From an uncultured Deferribacteres bacterium (GTDB lineage Bacteria; Zhuqueibacterota; Zhuqueibacteria; Zhuqueibacterales; Geothermadaptataceae), in assembly GCA_964014485.1 (NCBI GenBank), contig CAXHAT010000224.1, positions 1 to 11,549 of the forward strand: a stretch of DNA of 11,549 nt, given 5' to 3'. The position numbers and the translations under genes were made by a program. Each line of letters starts with the position of its first letter. Positions within the stretch are counted from its first letter, which is position 1. The notes beneath the pieces were generated by a model. That model saw nothing but the letters and a program-made list of their open reading frames with translations. It did not search any database and was not told where the DNA came from. Shown here piece by piece: positions 7,298-11,549 of the stretch.

Positions 7298-8698
7298 TTA
7301 CAAAATATATCTGCTCAAATCGTCATCCGCGACGACGTCTTCCAAGGTTTCCCGCACTTTGTCTCGATCGACAACAATTTTTCCGATGCGTTTTTCCGGC
7401 ACGTCAAACAATATTTCTTCCAGCAGGGTTGACAGCACTGTGTGCAAACGACGAGCGCCAATATTTTCGGTGCGTTCGTTGACATTAAAGGCCGTCTCGG
7501 CAATTTCTTCAATGGCGTTTTCGGTAAGGTGCAAGTCAACTTTTTCCGTGCCGAGAAGCGCCTTGTATTGCTTGACCAAGGCGTTCTCCGGTTCGGTAAG
7601 AATGCGAACAAAATCATGCGCGGTCAAGTTTTCAAGCTCAACGCGAATTGGAAAACGACCTTGCAATTCCGGGATCAAATCAGACGGTTTTGCAACATGA
7701 AAAGCGCCGGAAGCGATAAAAAGGACATGATCCGTCTTGACCATGCCGTACTTGGTCACCACGGTCGTTCCTTCAACAACCGGCAACAAATCCCGCTGCA
7801 CGCCTTCACGAGAAACCTCGGCCCCTTCCCGGCCTGAATGCCCAGCAACCTTGTCTATTTCATCAAGAAAGACGATGCCGGAATTCTCTACTCGTTCAAT
7901 GGCTTCCCGAGTGGCGCTTTCATGATCGATGAGCTTTTGCGCTTCTTCTTGCGTCAAAACTTCTCGCGCCTCAGCCACAGTCATTTTCCGCTGTTTCATT
8001 TTTTTCGGAAACATGCCCCCGAACATTTCCTGCAGGTTCATACCCATTTCTTCGATGCCGCCGGGTGAAATCACCTGCATCGTCGGCGTCATATCCGACG
8101 AGACTTCTAGCTCCACTTCGCGTTTATCGAGTTTTCCGGCTTCGAGCTTCTCTCGCATTTTCTCCCGATTGCGCAAATGGCGCTCTTCAGCGTCTTGATT
8201 GTCCGTAATTTCGCCGACGCCTTCATCGTTCACCGAAACGATACGCGAACTCGAGTTTGCAGAAGCGGGCGGGGGCGGCGGAAGCAAAATATCCAGCAAC
8301 CGCTCTTTCGCGTGTTCAGCGGCAGGCTCCTGAACCGCATCGAGTTTCTCTGACTTCACCATGACCACGGACAAATCAACCAAATCGCGAATAATCGATT
8401 CAACGTCACGGCCTACGTAGCCGACCTCGGTGAATTTCGTCGCTTCCACCTTAATGAACGGCGCTTTCGCCAGCTTGGCCAATCTCCGTGCAATTTCCGT
8501 CTTCCCAACGCCCGTCGCGCCGATCATGATAATGTTATTCGGCATGATTTCTTCGCGCAGTTCTTCTTCAACGCGTAACCGACGCCAGCGATTTCTCAGC
8601 GCGATAGCCACCATTTTTTTGGCTTTGTCCTGGCCGATAATGTATTTATCCAATTCGGCCACGATTTGACGCGGCGTCAACTCTTCCAGAGCGATCAT
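7298..8698 (-). CDS. hslU: ATP-dependent protease ATPase subunit HslU (ClpY)
   Basis: [17 protein letters not shown], Walker [10 protein letters not shown], pore motif GYVG, Walker [38 protein letters not shown]-terminal DLSRYIL. Confidence 0.98.
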   Translation of the reverse strand: MIALEELTPRQIVAELDKYIIGQDKAKKMVAIALRNRWRRLRVEEELREEIMPNNIIMIGATGVGKTEIARRLAKLAKAPFIKVEATKFTEVGYVGRDVESIIRDLVDLSVVMVKSEKLDAVQEPAAEHAKERLLDILLPPPPPASANSSSRIVSVNDEGVGEITDNQDAEERHLRNREKMREKLEAGKLDKREVELEVSSDMTPTMQVISPGGIEEMGMNLQEMFGGMFPKKMKQRKMTVAEAREVLTQEEAQKLIDHESATREAIERVENSGIVFLDEIDKVAGHSGREGAEVSREGVQRDLLPVVEGTTVVTKYGMVKTDHVLFIASGAFHVAKPSDLIPELQGRFPIRVELENLTAHDFVRILTEPENALVKQYKALLGTEKVDLHLTENAIEEIAETAFNVNERTENIGARRLHTVLSTLLEEILFDVPEKRIGKIVVDRDKVRETLEDVVADDDLSRYIL

Positions 8699-9243
8699 GT
8701 ATCCAATTCCTCAATCGTCAAATTTTCGTTGGTATAAATGCAAATATTCGCCGCAATCTGCATTGCCTCTTCCGCGATTTTGCGAGCGTTTAGTTCAGAA
8801 AATCGAACCATGGCGCGTGCAGCCGCCAATGCGTATGCTCCGCCTGAACCAATGGCGATCACTTCATCATCCGGCTCGATCAAATCTCCCGTACCGGAAA
8901 TGAGAAACGTTCGATTTTCATCCATGACGACAAGCTGCGCTTCCAAACGCCGTAAGTAACGGTCAGAGCGCCATTCCTTCGCCAATTCAATCGCCGCACG
9001 ATCAAGCTTGCCTCGAACAGAATCGAGGTGTCTTTCAAATTTTTCAAAAAGCGTGAAAGCGTCGGCGGCGGCTCCGGCAAAACCGGCGAGCACGGCGCCC
9101 TTGTTCATGGTGCGGACTTTTCTGGCTTTTGCTTTCATCATCGTCGGCCCAAAAGTGACTTGTCCGTCACCGGCAAGCACGACCTTGCCGTTGTGACGCA
9201 CGCCCAAAATGGTCGTCGCGTGAAATTTATAAGATTCTTGCAT
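8695..9243 (-). CDS. hslV: ATP-dependent protease peptidase subunit HslV (ClpQ)
   Basis: Short propeptide followed by TTIL (catalytic Thr), [55 protein letters not shown] overlap with hslU at 8695-8698. Confidence 0.98.
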   Translation of the reverse strand: MQESYKFHATTILGVRHNGKVVLAGDGQVTFGPTMMKAKARKVRTMNKGAVLAGFAGAAADAFTLFEKFERHLDSVRGKLDRAAIELAKEWRSDRYLRRLEAQLVVMDENRTFLISGTGDLIEPDDEVIAIGSGGAYALAAARAMVRFSELNARKIAEEAMQIAANICIYTNENLTIEELDT

Positions 9244-9285
9244 TGTGAATTTCTTTGAGGTTGTGGTTTCTAACGGCCGTTAAAC

Positions 9286-10752
9286 TTAGATGCCTCGGCG
9301 CAGTCTTGACACCGGAATTTCCATTTGTTCGCGATACTTTGCAACGGTTCTTCTCGCCAGCTTATAACCGTCTTCCTTCAAAATGTCAGCGATCTTCTGG
9401 TCGTTCAGCGGTTTTTGCGGGTCTTCTTTTGCGATAATATCTTTGATCAACTGCTTCACGCGGCGATTTGAAACGTCTTCGCCCTCGGAAGTCTGGATGC
9501 CTTCGCTGAAGAAATATTTAAGTTCATAAACGCCCCACTCCGTTTGGATATATTTCCCGTTCGTTACCCGCGACACCGTCGAAATATCCATGTGAATTTC
9601 GTCCGCGATGTCTTTTAAAATCATCGGCTTAATGTAGTCTTTTCCTTTATCGAAAAAGTCCCGCTGCTTTTCAATGATCATTTCGACGACCCGCAAAATC
9701 GTCATGCGTCGTTGATGGATCGAGTTGATCAGCCAGCGCGCCGATTCAAGACGTTTTCTGACAAAGTCCTTGGTTTCGCGGTTGGTGTTTTTCTTATCGA
9801 GCAGGAGCTTTTTGTAGGAATTGTTGATGCGCAGATGGGGGATATTCCAGTCATTCTGAATGATCTCATACTCGCCGTCTTCATCGCGCTCAATGGCAAT
9901 GTCAGGAACGATCACATTGTCGGCGAAGCTGACGTAGCCTTCTCCCGGCTTTGGATTCAGCTTCATAATTTCGGTGAGAACGTCGCGCAAATCTTCGAGG
10001 TCAACATCAAGCTTTTTGACCAATTTTTCATAGCGTTTGTTGGTGAAATCATCAAAGTGATCCCGAACGACTTCCACCGCCAATTCATGCGGCGGCGTTT
10101 GATCTTCAAGCTGAATCAACAAACACTCTCGCAAATTCCGAGCAGCGATACCCAGCGGCTCGAATTTTTGAATTCTCTCCAAAACCCCTTCAACGCGCTC
10201 TTCGTCAACGTCCAGATTGTGCGCTATGACGTTGACGTCGCAGGACAGATAGCCGACTTCATTAATATTATAAATAATGTACTCGCCGATCTCGTTATCA
10301 ATATCGGAAAAATTGAGCAGGTGCAATTGCGCCATCAAATGATCGGTCAAAGATTCAGTTGAAACTTCGGGGCGCTCAAAAACTTCGGCGCTATCGTCGC
10401 GAGGCGCGCGGATGTCTTGATGCGTATCATCGCTGAGGATATTTTCCCAATCATCGTCATCCAGCATCGTATCCGCGTTGTCAATATCTTCGACGGCGTC
10501 TCCGCTGTCTTCCCCTTCAATGCGTTCTTCTTCTTCCTCTTCTTCTTCGTCCGCTTTGGCCTCTTCCGACTTTTCGTCTTGAGTTTGCTCTTGCTCCATA
10601 TCCTCAATAACTTCCAAAAGCGGGTTCGCTTCAAGCTCGAGTTGGATTTGCTGCTCAAATTTTAAGAGCGGCAATTGCAGCAACGAAGAAAGCAAAACCT
10701 GTTGCGGCGACTGAATTTGTTTTTGTTCAATACGTTGGTGTATGCCTATCAT
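9286..10752 (-). CDS. rpoN: RNA polymerase sigma-54 factor
   Basis: Gln/Leu-rich region I (SPQQVLLSSLLQLP..ELEANPLLE), acidic region II, GIAARNLRECLLIQL, HTH (LKDIADEIHMDISTVSRVTNGKY), RpoN box ARRTVAKYRE. SD-like AAGGA upstream. Confidence 0.98.
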   Translation of the reverse strand: MIGIHQRIEQKQIQSPQQVLLSSLLQLPLLKFEQQIQLELEANPLLEVIEDMEQEQTQDEKSEEAKADEEEEEEEERIEGEDSGDAVEDIDNADTMLDDDDWENILSDDTHQDIRAPRDDSAEVFERPEVSTESLTDHLMAQLHLLNFSDIDNEIGEYIIYNINEVGYLSCDVNVIAHNLDVDEERVEGVLERIQKFEPLGIAARNLRECLLIQLEDQTPPHELAVEVVRDHFDDFTNKRYEKLVKKLDVDLEDLRDVLTEIMKLNPKPGEGYVSFADNVIVPDIAIERDEDGEYEIIQNDWNIPHLRINNSYKKLLLDKKNTNRETKDFVRKRLESARWLINSIHQRRMTILRVVEMIIEKQRDFFDKGKDYIKPMILKDIADEIHMDISTVSRVTNGKYIQTEWGVYELKYFFSEGIQTSEGEDVSNRRVKQLIKDIIAKEDPQKPLNDQKIADILKEDGYKLARRTVAKYREQMEIPVSRLRRGI

Positions 10753-10823
10753 GCCCGACGATTCCTTTTAGTTACGCTCCTGAATAAAGTGTCAACTCAC
10801 TGTGGCAAACAACAATTAGAACT

Positions 10824-11549
10824 TCAACGGTCAAGGCGAAATTTATCGCCCAAATATAGTTTGCGCGCTTCCGGGTCGCTGGCCAAATGGTCCGCGGTTC
10901 CTGAGAGCAGCACGTTTCCTTCATAAAGCAAGTAAGCTCGATCCGTGATCGAGAGCGTCTCATGCACGTTGTGGTCAGTGATGAGAACCCCGATCCCGCG
11001 AGCCTTTAAATTCCTGACGATCTCCTGAATATCTTCAACGGCGATTGGATCGACGCCGGCAAATGGTTCGTCCAGCAAAATGAATTTCGGCTCCGTCACG
11101 AGTGCTCTCGTTATTTCGACGCGCCGTCGTTCGCCGCCGGAAAGCGTGTAAGCTTTGCTTTTCGCCAAATGAGCAACGGACAATTCGTCGAGCAAACTTG
11201 CAAGGCGCTCCTTGCGCTCGCTCCGACTAATCGGCAGCGTTTGCAAGATCGCCATAATATTTTCCGAAACCGTCAGTCTGCGAAAAATCGACGGTTCCTG
11301 TGAAAGATAGCCGAGCCCAAGCCTGGAACGCTTGTACATCGGCAGCTTGGTAATATCGCGATCTTCAAGTTTGATTCGGCCCTTGGTCGGGCGAATCATT
11401 CCGGTGATCATGTAAAAAGTCGTCGTTTTTCCTGCGCCGTTCGGCCCGAGCAACCCGACGATTTCGCCCTGTTGCACTTCGACGCAAACGTTGTTGACGA
11501 CCTTCCGCTTGCTATAAATTTTCACAAGGTTTTCAGCCTTGAGAATCAC
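10824..11549 (-). CDS. lptB: LPS export ABC transporter ATP-binding protein LptB
   Basis: [68 protein letters not shown]. Canonical position upstream of rpoN. The GTG start sits at the window edge, so the upstream context is not visible. Confidence 0.96.
   Translation of the reverse strand: MILKAENLVKIYSKRKVVNNVCVEVQQGEIVGLLGPNGAGKTTTFYMITGMIRPTKGRIKLEDRDITKLPMYKRSRLGLGYLSQEPSIFRRLTVSENIMAILQTLPISRSERKERLASLLDELSVAHLAKSKAYTLSGGERRRVEITRALVTEPKFILLDEPFAGVDPIAVEDIQEIVRNLKARGIGVLITDHNVHETLSITDRAYLLYEGNVLLSGTADHLASDPEARKLYLGDKFRLDR

Noticed and set aside
9712..10362. 216-aa plus-strand ORF and the other short ORFs overlapping the main genes
   Set aside because: They lie antisense to or out of frame within well-supported genes such as rpoN, hslU, argF and PP2C, and show no domain signatures.
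10525..10548. (TTC)n microsatellite-like run
   Set aside because: Encodes the poly-Glu stretch of the normally acidic RpoN region II; interrupted and in frame.
10765..10795. Perfect TTGACA (minus strand, 10790-10795) as an internal sigma-70 promoter for rpoN
   Set aside because: No convincing -10 hexamer at 16-18 bp spacing (only TAACTA at 15 bp).

Overview
Bacterial chromosomal window with all nine supportable genes on the minus strand. In transcription order (right to left): lptB, rpoN (sigma-54), hslV, hslU, argF, a 372-bp intergenic region holding a ~196-bp nested inverted-repeat element, a FemAB-like GNAT gene translationally coupled to a divergent ATE1/Bpt-like aminoacyl-tRNA-protein transferase gene, a 249-bp spacer, a membrane-anchored Hanks-type Ser/Thr kinase with a large extracytoplasmic beta-repeat region, and a membrane-anchored PP2C phosphatase that runs off the left edge and is absent from the ORF track. 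The most notable points are: (1) the tandem pair of aminoacyl-tRNA-transferase-fold genes downstream of the HslUV protease and argF; (2) a non-RD kinase with five repeated acidic-K-T-[LVM]-F motifs in its juxtamembrane linker, possibly a phospho-Thr docking array; (3) a concentric hairpin element (MITE/REPIN-like) with a mutually exclusive alternative stem just upstream of the GNAT start codon. All calls come from motif recognition by eye; no database searches were run.
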